Virus record (IMG/VR): IMGVR_UViG_3300044619_000148
Coordinates: 1 to 29,396 of that record
Source of the DNA: a virus
Taxonomy: Duplodnaviria > Caudoviricetes
DNA: 29,396 bases
Strand: one strand, 5' to 3'
A model generated the notes under the pieces. It was not told the origin of the DNA and searched no databases. It saw only the letters and a program-made list of their open reading frames with translations. The translations under genes were made by a program, and so were the position numbers. This document shows positions 7,046 to 15,497 of this stretch, in pieces (positions within the stretch are counted from its first letter, which is position 1; every line of letters begins with the position of its first letter).

Positions 7046-8449
7046 ATGTCTGCCCCTCACAAAGAACTTATCGCTCGTACTGGGCGTGTGCAATCTTGGA
7101 TTGACGATCCCACTTCCCGCCTACCTGTCTCTTGCACAGTCTTTGTGGTGGAAGATGAAATGGAAGGACCAAATGGAATCGAAGCATCCTGGCGTTTTGT
7201 TTCCCACGCTCTCCGCTACGGAGCTGGCGTGGCTGTCCATCTATCCAAACTCCGACCGAAAGGAAATGAGAATGGCAAGGGACTTGTGGCTAGCGGCCCA
7301 GTATCCTTTGCAAAGATCTACTCAACACTTAATGAAATCCTGAGGCGAGGAGGAGTCTATAAAAATGGAGCTGTCGTTGCTCATCTTGATCTTAGCCATC
7401 CCGATGTGCTGGAGTTTATTACTGCTAGCCGGGCTGATCTACCTTGGATCAAGCGTTGCGTCAATATTAATCAACTATGGTGGGATCACGCTACTCAAGA
7501 AGTCAAAGAGGCGCTTCTCCAAGGCATTCGCCAGGGTGACATCTGGCTCAACAAAACCAAAGTAGATAAGAATGGAAATCGAATCCGGGGAAACGTTTGC
7601 TTGGAAGTGTACTTGCCTTCACGGGGAACCTGTCTACTACAACATGTCAACCTTGGCCAGTGCGAACTCAATGACATTCAAGGTGCATTTGTCACTGGAA
7701 TGTCCGAGCTGTGCGCCCTTCATGGAAAAACGGACGTTGGCTCTAGTGGAGAATACCTCCCTCCGGAGACGGATCGCCAAGTTGGTCTCGGAATGCTCGG
7801 ATTGGCCAACCTGCTCCGTAAAAACGGTGTGACCTATAAGGAGTTTGGTGAAGCCCTTGAGCAAGTCAACTCCAAGCAGTACTACGAACACACTCCTGCA
7901 ACCATCCTTGCTAAGGAATTGCAAGGGGGTATCCGCGCAGCTGCACAAATTGCTCGTTTCAATGATATGGAACGTGCCTTTGCCATTGCGCCTACTGCTT
8001 CGTGCAGTTACCGATATACTGATCTAGATGGGTTCACCACCTGCCCTGAGATCGCTCCTCCTATCTCTCGTCATGTAGACCGTGACTCTGGAACCTTTGG
8101 TGTTCAGAGTTATGACTACGGTAATGTAGAGATTGCCAGTGAAGTTGGCTGGGAGGATTACAAAAAAGTTGTTGATGGCATCGTACAGATGCTAGATGCT
8201 ACGGGACTTCTTCACGGTTACAGCTTCAATAGTTGGTCTGATGTGATCACCTATGACGAAGCGTTTATTGAAGAGTGGTTGCAATCACCGCAAACCTCCC
8301 TTTATTACTCGCTTCAGGTCATGAGTGATACCCAAGATAAAACCAGCGCCTATGCGGCATTGGATGAGTCTGAGGTTGACGATTACCTGGAGTCGATTCT
8401 CTATGATAGAGATGATGATCCTGCTCCTGATTGTAATTGCGGCGAATGA
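7046..8449 (+). CDS. nrdA: Ribonucleotide reductase large (alpha) subunit, minimal class I type
   Basis: PVSC, NVCLE finger loop, TCLL, VGLGMLG, IAPTASCS, SLYY tyrosine pair, C-terminal CNC; no ATP cone; only 467 aa. Confidence 0.88.
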   Translation: MSAPHKELIARTGRVQSWIDDPTSRLPVSCTVFVVEDEMEGPNGIEASWRFVSHALRYGAGVAVHLSKLRPKGNENGKGLVASGPVSFAKIYSTLNEILRRGGVYKNGAVVAHLDLSHPDVLEFITASRADLPWIKRCVNINQLWWDHATQEVKEALLQGIRQGDIWLNKTKVDKNGNRIRGNVCLEVYLPSRGTCLLQHVNLGQCELNDIQGAFVTGMSELCALHGKTDVGSSGEYLPPETDRQVGLGMLGLANLLRKNGVTYKEFGEALEQVNSKQYYEHTPATILAKELQGGIRAAAQIARFNDMERAFAIAPTASCSYRYTDLDGFTTCPEIAPPISRHVDRDSGTFGVQSYDYGNVEIASEVGWEDYKKVVDGIVQMLDATGLLHGYSFNSWSDVITYDEAFIEEWLQSPQTSLYYSLQVMSDTQDKTSAYAALDESEVDDYLESILYDRDDDPAPDCNCGE

Positions 8450-9162
8450 ACCCTTATCAAAAACTACTGTCTCGTAAAAGAACTTGGACTCCGGTACAAA
8501 CAACTGCCGGTAAACTGGCTGATGGTGCTGAAGAAACTATCTATCGAGCACTTGCTATTCGACATATGGAATTGCCAGTCGGTGATTTCATTCAAGATAC
8601 ACTGAATAAAGAGGTGCCTGAGGCTGCACGAGAACTTCTTGAATCCAACATTAGGGATGAAGAGAAGCATGATCTTGCACTGACCTACATTACTAACGCC
8701 ATCGGCATTGATGAGCAGGCAGAAGCTGAGGCTAAGCGTCTACGTGATGCGTGGATTGCTCACCCTGATCACACGATTGCCAAGGCACTGGTTGCTGAAC
8801 GTGCGATCTTCTTTGTTCTTCTTCCCTTTTTCCGCTTCAATGGTGACGCTGGTCTCCGTACTGTAAGTGCTGATATTAGTCGTGATGAACAAGTTCACGT
8901 TGCTACCAATAGCCTTGTTTGTCGTGAGTTGGGGGTTGATTTCTCTCCTTCTCTTGATAAACTGCGTAAAGCAACTATCAACTGGGTAATGTCACCTCTT
9001 TCTGGGGTAGACTCCAATAAGTATCTCAACAAAAAATTTTGGCTGGATGCAAGTGATCGCTTGATGTATGAAGGTAAAGCACCTGAACTTATCGAAACAA
9101 AGCGAGCACGGATGCCAGCGTTCTTTGAACATGCAAACCCAAATCTCCCTCAATACGCTTAA
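8446..9162 (+). CDS. nrdB: Ribonucleotide reductase small (beta) subunit, ferritin-like
   Basis: Two ExxH motifs (DEEKH, DEQVH) plus Glu in HMELP and AERAIFF; ATGA-coupled to the alpha gene. Confidence 0.85.
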   Translation: MNPYQKLLSRKRTWTPVQTTAGKLADGAEETIYRALAIRHMELPVGDFIQDTLNKEVPEAARELLESNIRDEEKHDLALTYITNAIGIDEQAEAEAKRLRDAWIAHPDHTIAKALVAERAIFFVLLPFFRFNGDAGLRTVSADISRDEQVHVATNSLVCRELGVDFSPSLDKLRKATINWVMSPLSGVDSNKYLNKKFWLDASDRLMYEGKAPELIETKRARMPAFFEHANPNLPQYA

Positions 9163-9316
9163 CCTCCTGACTGTTGAACGGTTGTTGGAAGAGCTAGAGG
9201 ATCTTTATCCACCATTCAACCCCACTCCTGACACGTCACTTAATCAGATCATGTATAGATCTGGACAAGTAAGTGTTGTTGAGTGGATTCGTACACGAAT
9301 TACTAACGAGGATTAA
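9131..9316 (+). CDS. Small hypothetical protein (...IMYRSGQVSVVEWI...)
   Basis: Fills the gap between RNR beta and the pre-portal gene; pattern resembles small conserved podovirus proteins at this position. Confidence 0.7.
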   Translation: MQTQISLNTLNLLTVERLLEELEDLYPPFNPTPDTSLNQIMYRSGQVSVVEWIRTRITNED

Positions 9317-9320
9317 CATC

Positions 9321-9674
9321 ATGTGTGATCCATTTGGTTCACAAACCAGAGCGCACCACCGTCAACAAGAACAGATGCGGGCTGAATCAGCTCAACGTGG
9401 TATGATGGCTCAAGCTGAAAGAGATCGTAGAGCACAAGAAGAAAGGATGATGGCTCTCCAAGCTGCAGCTAACAAACAGCAACAAGAAGCCATGGCTGCT
9501 ATTGCTGCAGCTAACCGGTTACCTGTCAAAACTGGTGCTAGTGAAGCAGCAGCTACTCCTCTTATGCGGACTAAACGGAAACAAGCTCCAACAAGTCTTG
9601 CTTCTCTTCGTATCAATCGTACACCCGGCTCCAATATTGGTGGCATGGGTTCAAGTGGAACTAACGTTGGTTAA
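9321..9674 (+). CDS. Putative small virion/assembly protein upstream of portal (T7 gp6.7/7.3-like position)
   Basis: MC start, Q/A-rich helix, basic segment and SLRI followed by a Gly-rich tail; directly precedes portal. Confidence 0.65.
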   Translation: MCDPFGSQTRAHHRQQEQMRAESAQRGMMAQAERDRRAQEERMMALQAAANKQQQEAMAAIAAANRLPVKTGASEAAATPLMRTKRKQAPTSLASLRINRTPGSNIGGMGSSGTNVG

Positions 9675-9678
9675 CTAG

Positions 9679-11259
9679 ATGGACGCTAAATCAAGGTACG
9701 ATCATCTAAGTAGTTACCGTACTAACTTTCTCCAAACTGCTGTTGAATGCTCTGAGCTTACGATTCCTTATCTTATCCAACGTGATGAGTTTAGGATTAC
9801 CCACAAAACCCTTAAACAACCTTGGCAATCAGTTGGCGCTAAGTCAGTAGTTACATTGGCAGCTAAGCTTATGCTTGCTCTGCTTCCCCCTCAAACTACT
9901 TTCTTTAAACTTCAGATTCGTGATGATAAGCTAGGCACTGAGTTGCCCGCTGAGATCCGTTCTGAACTTGACCTGAGTTTTGCCAAGATTGAACGCATGG
10001 TAATGGATTCGATTGCTGCTTCTAGTGATCGTGTCGTTGTTCACCAAGCCATCAAACATCTTGTTGTTGGTGGTAATGCGTTGATTTACATGGGTAAGGA
10101 TGGGCTTAAGCATTATCCATTGAGCCGCTATGTAGTGGAACGGGATGGTAATGGTAACGTAATTGAGATCGTCACCAAAGAACTGATTAACAAAAAGCTT
10201 CTCCCTAAGGAGTTGCAAGAAAAAGATAATCAAGTCAATGATCGTAGCTATGCTCATGAAGATGACGTAGAGGTTTATACTCACGTTCGTCTTGATAATA
10301 ATCGTTGGCTGTGGCATCAAGAAGCCTACGGTAAGCGTATCGCAGGTACTGAAGGTAAAGCACCTACAGATGCTAACCCTTGGCTAGTCCTTCGATTCAA
10401 TACCGTAGACGGTGAGAACTATGGACGAGGTAGAGTAGAAGAGTTCTTGGGTGATCTCAAGTCTCTTGATGCACTCTCTCAGTCCCTCGTAGAGGGCTCT
10501 GCAGCAGCCGCTAAGGTCGTCTTCGTGGTATCACCCTCAAGCACCACCAAACCGGCCACCATAGCCCAGGCAGGCAACGGTGCGATCGTTCAAGGACGGC
10601 CAGAAGACATCGGTGTTATCCAAGTAGGTAAGACCGCTGACTTCAGTACTGCAGCTAATCTTGCTGCTACTCTTGAACGACGTGTTGCAGAAGCATTCCT
10701 TGTGCTTACTGTTCGTCAATCTGAACGCACTACAGCGGAAGAGGTTCGCCTCACTCAGATGGAACTGGAACAACAACTTGGAGGATTGTTCTCCCTGTTG
10801 ACTGTTGAGTTCCTAATTCCTTATCTCAATCGTAAGTTGCTGGTACTGCAACGTTCTGGTGAACTTCCCCGGATTCCTAAGGATCTGGTGAACCCAACCA
10901 TTGTTGCTGGTATCAACGCTCTAGGTCGTGGTCAAGATCGTGAGTCTCTCACCACCTTCATTGCGACTATCTCTCAAGCACTTGGTCCTGACCAGATGCT
11001 TCAATTCATCAATGCAGACGAAGCTATCAAACGCTTGGCAGCTGCACAGGGTATTGATGTACTGAACCTTGTTAAGTCTGTTGATCAGCGTACTGCTGAA
11101 CGTCAACAAGTTATGGGTCAACAACAGCAGATGATGCAAATGCAGCAACTGCCTGATATGTTGAAGGTTCCCATGGCTGACCCATCCAAGAACCCTAATG
11201 CGGAAGAAGCTGTTGCTCAATACCTGGGCAGTCAACAATCCGCTCCACCAATGCAATAA
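9679..11259 (+). CDS. Portal / head-tail connector (T7 gp8-like)
   Basis: WQSVGA, LALLPP, GENYGRG, RQSERTTAEEVR and LGGLFSLL motifs; 526 aa. Confidence 0.96.
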   Translation: MDAKSRYDHLSSYRTNFLQTAVECSELTIPYLIQRDEFRITHKTLKQPWQSVGAKSVVTLAAKLMLALLPPQTTFFKLQIRDDKLGTELPAEIRSELDLSFAKIERMVMDSIAASSDRVVVHQAIKHLVVGGNALIYMGKDGLKHYPLSRYVVERDGNGNVIEIVTKELINKKLLPKELQEKDNQVNDRSYAHEDDVEVYTHVRLDNNRWLWHQEAYGKRIAGTEGKAPTDANPWLVLRFNTVDGENYGRGRVEEFLGDLKSLDALSQSLVEGSAAAAKVVFVVSPSSTTKPATIAQAGNGAIVQGRPEDIGVIQVGKTADFSTAANLAATLERRVAEAFLVLTVRQSERTTAEEVRLTQMELEQQLGGLFSLLTVEFLIPYLNRKLLVLQRSGELPRIPKDLVNPTIVAGINALGRGQDRESLTTFIATISQALGPDQMLQFINADEAIKRLAAAQGIDVLNLVKSVDQRTAERQQVMGQQQQMMQMQQLPDMLKVPMADPSKNPNAEEAVAQYLGSQQSAPPMQ

Positions 11260-11265
11260 CTTTTT

Positions 11266-12048
11266 ATGGCTGAAATTTTGAGTTACGATGCTACTCCTGA
11301 TGCAGAAGTAATGTCGTCTATTGAATCCGACGAAGCTGATTCCCTTGCTATCGGTGAAGAGCTGATGGCTCAACACGAGGGTATGCTGGCTGGTAAATAC
11401 AAGAACGCTCAGGATCTTGAGAAAGCTTATATGGAGCTGGAGAAGAAACTGGGTGGTAACTCTCGTGAGGAATCTGAAGAAGAGTCTTACGATGAGGAAC
11501 CAGCTGAAGAAGAGAGTCGGGACTATGAAGATTTCTCTGGTCTTCTTTCACTTGCGGGTGAAGAGTATTTTAAGAACGGAGAACTGAGTCAAGAAACTCT
11601 TGATGCATTCTCTCAAATGTCATCTCAAGATCTAGTGAAAGCTTATTTTGAGATGCAAGAAAATACTCCATCCGTATCTGGACGGGAGTTGAGTAATCAA
11701 GAAGTCAACCAACTGCAGAACATGGTAGGTGGCCAAGCTGCTTACAATCAACTTACCAGTTGGGCTGCTGAAAACTTTAGCGAAGGTGAGATTGAAGCAT
11801 TTGATTCTCTTGTTGAATCAGGTAATACCAACGCTATCCAACTTGCTCTACAGGCACTGTACTATCGCTATACTGATTCCATGGGTGTTGAAGGAAACAT
11901 GCTGACTGGTAAACCTGCTCGTTCACAAGACGTGTTCCGTAGTCAGGCTGAGCTGGTACGTGCAATGGCTGATCGTCGCTACGACAATGATCCTGCCTAT
12001 CGACAGGACGTTATCGATAAACTTGAACGATCTGACATTGAATTTTAA
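11266..12048 (+). CDS. Capsid assembly scaffolding protein (T7 gp9-like)
   Basis: Highly acidic; LAGKYK..DLEKAY; VGGQAAY; FRSQAELVRAMADRRY..DPAYR C-terminus. Confidence 0.92.
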   Translation: MAEILSYDATPDAEVMSSIESDEADSLAIGEELMAQHEGMLAGKYKNAQDLEKAYMELEKKLGGNSREESEEESYDEEPAEEESRDYEDFSGLLSLAGEEYFKNGELSQETLDAFSQMSSQDLVKAYFEMQENTPSVSGRELSNQEVNQLQNMVGGQAAYNQLTSWAAENFSEGEIEAFDSLVESGNTNAIQLALQALYYRYTDSMGVEGNMLTGKPARSQDVFRSQAELVRAMADRRYDNDPAYRQDVIDKLERSDIEF

Positions 12049-12221
12049 TGAACGACACTAACATCTGGCCCATCGAACCTCCCATGTATACTGATCACAA
12101 CTACACCGTGCCTCACAACGAACGTGCTGAACTACTCAATGGTCGCTTGGCTATGCTTGGCTTCGTGGCTGCTATTGGTGCTTACGCGCTGACTGGTCAA
12201 ATTATCCCCGGTATTTGGTAA
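12048..12221 (+). CDS. hli: High-light inducible protein (Hli), 57 aa
   Basis: Hand translation MNDTNIWPIEPPMYTDHNYTVPHNERAELLNGRLAMLGFVAAIGAYALTGQIIPGIW contains AExxNGRxAMxGF and the TGQIIPGIW tail; TAATG-coupled to scaffold. Confidence 0.95.
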   Translation: MNDTNIWPIEPPMYTDHNYTVPHNERAELLNGRLAMLGFVAAIGAYALTGQIIPGIW

Positions 12222-12334
12222 TGCCTAAAGTTGGAAACAAGGAGTATCCTTATACTCCTGCTGGTAAAGCTGCAGCTAAAAAAGAGGCTGTTAAAACTAG
12301 CAAACAGATTCAGAACAAAAAACCAAAGAAGTAA
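12221..12334 (+). CDS. 37-aa Lys-rich protein MPKVGNKEYPYTPAGKAAAKKEAVKTSKQIQNKKPKK
   Basis: Hand translation; TAATG overlaps at both ends. Confidence 0.75.
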   Translation: MPKVGNKEYPYTPAGKAAAKKEAVKTSKQIQNKKPKK

Positions 12335-12573
12335 TGGCTAATAGTGTTAGCCTTAAAATTGGAAAACACAAATCACGTACCGGCGGCCTAACGGCTGCTG
12401 GTCGTGCTAAATACAATCGTGAGACTGGCTCTAACCTTAAAGCTCCTCAACCTGAAGGTGGTCCTCGCAAGCGTTCATTCTGTGCACGTATGTCAGGTAA
12501 CCCAGGTCCAATGAAGGATGAGAAAGGTAGACCTACTCGTAAAGCACTAGCCCTTCGTAAGTGGAAATGTTAA
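12334..12573 (+). CDS. 79-aa basic phage protein (GGL..GR..YN, SFCARMSG, LRKWKC; DUF6321-like)
   Basis: ORF track; coupled start; motif pattern recalled from a widespread phage family, family name tentative. Confidence 0.78.
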   Translation: MANSVSLKIGKHKSRTGGLTAAGRAKYNRETGSNLKAPQPEGGPRKRSFCARMSGNPGPMKDEKGRPTRKALALRKWKC

Positions 12574-12723
12574 ATGGCTAAGCCTGGTCTCTATGCAAAC
12601 ATTCACGCCAAGCGTGAGCGTATTGCCAAAGGTAGTGGTGAGAAGATGCGTAAGGCAGGTACTGCTGGTGCACCCACTGCTAAACAATTTAAGCAAGCAG
12701 CTAAAACTGCTAAGAAAAAGTAG
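12574..12723 (+). CDS. 49-aa Lys/Ala-rich protein MAKPGLYANIHAKRERIAKGSGEKMRKAGTAGAPTAKQFKQAAKTAKKK
   Basis: Hand translation; ATG immediately follows the previous stop. Confidence 0.78.
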   Translation: MAKPGLYANIHAKRERIAKGSGEKMRKAGTAGAPTAKQFKQAAKTAKKK

Positions 12724-12728
12724 TATTG

Positions 12729-12798
12729 GTAGTTCCGTCAATACTGCGCGTGTATTGGCGGAATTGTAGGCGTAAGCAATATAAAAGTTCTTTGCTTA
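12729..12798 (+). promoter_or_regulatory. Two predicted RNA hairpins upstream of the rlpA-like gene
   Basis: 12729-12744 pairs with 12752-12767 (with G-U pairs); TAAGCAA 12773-12779 pairs with TTGCTTA 12792-12798. Confidence 0.55.
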
Positions 12799-12804
12799 TT
12801 AATT

Positions 12805-13101
12805 ATGCTTCCTATTCTAACTACTCTGTCGGTGATCACCAGTTGGTACGGTCCTGGCTTCCACGGAAACCTCACCGCCAATGGTGAGCGATACAATCAA
12901 AACGGCCTTACTGCAGCGCACAAGACACTCCCTTTTGGAACTAAACTTAAAGTTTGTTTCAAACGGTGTGCCGTTGTTCGGGTCAATGATCGTGGTCCCT
13001 ATCATGGTAATAGGGCAATCGATCTCAGTAAAGGTGCGGCTGATCGAATTGGTCTCACTAACTCTGGAGTTGGAAGGGTTCAAGTAACTCGTCTTAACTA
13101 A
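12805..13101 (+). CDS. rlpA: RlpA-like (double-psi beta-barrel) lytic transglycosylase
   Basis: [32 protein letters not shown] and IDLS motifs. Confidence 0.92.
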   Translation: MLPILTTLSVITSWYGPGFHGNLTANGERYNQNGLTAAHKTLPFGTKLKVCFKRCAVVRVNDRGPYHGNRAIDLSKGAADRIGLTNSGVGRVQVTRLN

Positions 13102-13109
13102 CTTCAACT

Positions 13110-14189
13110 ATGACTGCTATTCTTGCAGCTCCTCGGTCTCAGTCTAACTGGGACCGTTTTTGTGGCTGGGTAACCAGCACTAACAACCGTCTTTATATTG
13201 GCTGGTTTGGGACACTGATGATTCCGTGTCTTCTTGCCGCCACCATCTGCTTCATCATTGCATTCGTTGCGGCTCCTCCTGTCGATATTGATGGCATCCG
13301 TGAGCCCGTATCCGGGAGTCTTCTTTATGGAAACAACATCATATCGGGAGCCGTCATTCCGAGCAGCAACGCCATCGGACTACACTTCTACCCAATTTGG
13401 GAAGCTAATTCACTTGATGAATGGCTCTACAACGGGGGTCCATTTCAACTCACAGTCTTCCACTTCCTCATTGGCATCTATGCTTACATGGGACGAGAGT
13501 GGGAACTTAGCTATCGACTAGGGATGCGTCCCTGGATCTTTGTCGCGTATTCTGCTCCTGTTGCCGCCGCTTCCGCAGTATTTTTGGTCTATCCGTTTGG
13601 TCAAGGTTCGTTCTCCGATGCTATGCCTTTGGGCATTTCGGGAACCTTTAACTACATGCTGGTGTTCCAAGCCGAACATAACATTCTGATGCACCCCTTC
13701 CATATGTTGGGTGTTGCTGGTGTGTTTGGTGGGTCGCTATTCAGTGCAATGCATGGTTCGCTTGTTACATCCTCGCTTGTGCGTGAAACTACTGAAACGG
13801 AAAGTCAAAACTATGGGTACAAGTTTGGACAAGAAGAAGAGACTTATAACATTGTCGCTGCTCACGGTTACTTTGGTAGGCTTATCTTCCAGTACGCTTC
13901 CTTTAATAACAGCCGTAGCCTTCACTTCTTCCTCGCTGCTTGGCCTGTGGTTGGCATTTGGTTTGCTGCACTTGGAGTAAGTACTATGGCGTTTAACCTG
14001 AATGGTTTTAACTTTAACCAATCACTCCTTGATAACCAAGGCAACGTCATTAACACCTGGGCAGACATCCTCAACCGAGCTGGTCTTGGCTTTGAGGTAA
14101 TGCACGAACGGAATGCACACAACTTCCCGCTTGATCTTGCTGCAGCTGAAACCACTCCGGTGGCTTTGACTGCACCGATCATCGGTTAA
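13110..14189 (+). CDS. psbA: Photosystem II D1 protein
   Basis: [55 protein letters not shown]; 359 aa; no intron. Confidence 0.99.
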   Translation: MTAILAAPRSQSNWDRFCGWVTSTNNRLYIGWFGTLMIPCLLAATICFIIAFVAAPPVDIDGIREPVSGSLLYGNNIISGAVIPSSNAIGLHFYPIWEANSLDEWLYNGGPFQLTVFHFLIGIYAYMGREWELSYRLGMRPWIFVAYSAPVAAASAVFLVYPFGQGSFSDAMPLGISGTFNYMLVFQAEHNILMHPFHMLGVAGVFGGSLFSAMHGSLVTSSLVRETTETESQNYGYKFGQEEETYNIVAAHGYFGRLIFQYASFNNSRSLHFFLAAWPVVGIWFAALGVSTMAFNLNGFNFNQSLLDNQGNVINTWADILNRAGLGFEVMHERNAHNFPLDLAAAETTPVALTAPIIG

Positions 14190-14355
14190 TTTAACAAGGT
14201 TGGGGACACCTCAAAGTCGGATCCCCTTCCTCTTGGCGTTGGCCCTTACGAGGACACCCTTCGCCGTCTAGACGGTGGGATAGACCACAATAAAAACTAA
14301 ATAACTCTGAACGTTCAGAGAGTCGATTAAACATTAACTCTCTTTAAAAAAAACA
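14190..14355 (+). promoter_or_regulatory. Structured non-coding leader of the major capsid gene; may contain the late phage promoter
   Basis: GGGGA/TCCCC stem, CCT-TACG-AGG hairpin, perfect palindromes at 14264-14275 and 14305-14320, GGACACC present twice. Confidence 0.55.
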
Positions 14356-15480
14356 ATGGCTCATCAATCTAGTGTTGACCCGGCGCTGCTTACGCGCCCT
14401 GGTCAATCTAATGGTGCGGGCGATGCCCGTGCTCTTTACCTGAAACTGTTTTCGGGTGAAATGTTCAAAGGCTTCCAGCGCGAGTCGATTGCTCGTGATC
14501 TGGTGATGAAGCGCACCCTCAAGGGTGGCAAGAGCCTGCAGTTCATCTATACCGGTCGTACCACGGCTGAGTATCACACCCCCGGCAATAGCATCCTTGG
14601 TAACACCGATGGTGCACCTCCGGTGGCTGAGAAGACCATCACCTGTGATGACCTTCTGATCAGCTCGGCTTTCGTGTACGAATTGGATGAGGTGCTTTCG
14701 CACTACGACCTGCGTAGCGAAATCAGCCGCAAGATTGGTTATGCTCTCGCTGAGAAGTATGACCGTTATATCTTCCGTGCTATCGCTCGTGGTGCTCGTT
14801 CTGCTAGCCCCATCACCAAGGCCAGCTTCGTTGAGCCTGGTGGTACCCAGATTCGTGTTGGTACTTCTGCCAACGATTCTGACGCTTTTGATTCCGCTGC
14901 TCTGGTGGCTGCGTTCTATGACGCTGCTGCTGCTATGGATGAAAAGGGTGTAACCTCTGATGGTCGTGTGGGTGTTCTGAACCCCCGCCAGTACTATGCT
15001 CTGATCCAAGCTATCGGTTCCAACGGTCTGGTGAATCGTGACGTGCAAGGTGATAGCCTGCAGAACGGTAACGGCATCATCGAGATTGCCGGTATCAAGA
15101 TCTACAAGTCCATGAACATTCCGTTCCTGGGTAACTACGGTGCTGCTTACGGCGGTACCACCGGCGAAACTGCTCCTGGCAACCTGGGTAGCTTCGTGAA
15201 CCCTGCTCTGGATAACGCTAGCCCCGCTACCACCGGTATCCAGAATGACTACGGTACTGCTGCTGAAGTTGGTACCAAGTCCTGCGGTCTGATCTTCCAG
15301 AAGGAAGCTGCTGGTGTGGTTGAGGCCATTGGTCCTCAAGTGCAAGTGACCAGCGGCGACGTGTCGGTGATCTACCAGGGCGATGTGATCCTTGGCCGTC
15401 TGGCCATGGGTGCTGACTACCTGAACCCCGCTGCTGCTGTTGAGCTGTATGTGGGTGGCACTGCGCCTTCCGCTTTCTGA
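14356..15480 (+). CDS. Major capsid protein (T7 gp10-like)
   Basis: ALYLKLFSGE, RTLKGGKSLQF, ITCDDLL, YDLRSE, IGYALA and LNPAAAVEL; strongly biased codon usage. Confidence 0.97.
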   Translation: MAHQSSVDPALLTRPGQSNGAGDARALYLKLFSGEMFKGFQRESIARDLVMKRTLKGGKSLQFIYTGRTTAEYHTPGNSILGNTDGAPPVAEKTITCDDLLISSAFVYELDEVLSHYDLRSEISRKIGYALAEKYDRYIFRAIARGARSASPITKASFVEPGGTQIRVGTSANDSDAFDSAALVAAFYDAAAAMDEKGVTSDGRVGVLNPRQYYALIQAIGSNGLVNRDVQGDSLQNGNGIIEIAGIKIYKSMNIPFLGNYGAAYGGTTGETAPGNLGSFVNPALDNASPATTGIQNDYGTAAEVGTKSCGLIFQKEAAGVVEAIGPQVQVTSGDVSVIYQGDVILGRLAMGADYLNPAAAVELYVGGTAPSAF

Positions 15481-15497
15481 TTTTAACAATCAATCCT

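Noticed and set aside
7046-8449. Class II (B12-dependent) RNR call
   Set aside because: The YY pair and an adjacent coupled ferritin-like beta gene indicate class I.
14344-15489. 381-aa antisense ORF spanning the capsid gene
   Set aside because: It mirrors the capsid ORF almost exactly; strong codon bias can remove antisense stops; no recognisable motifs, and the genome is otherwise single-stranded in coding.
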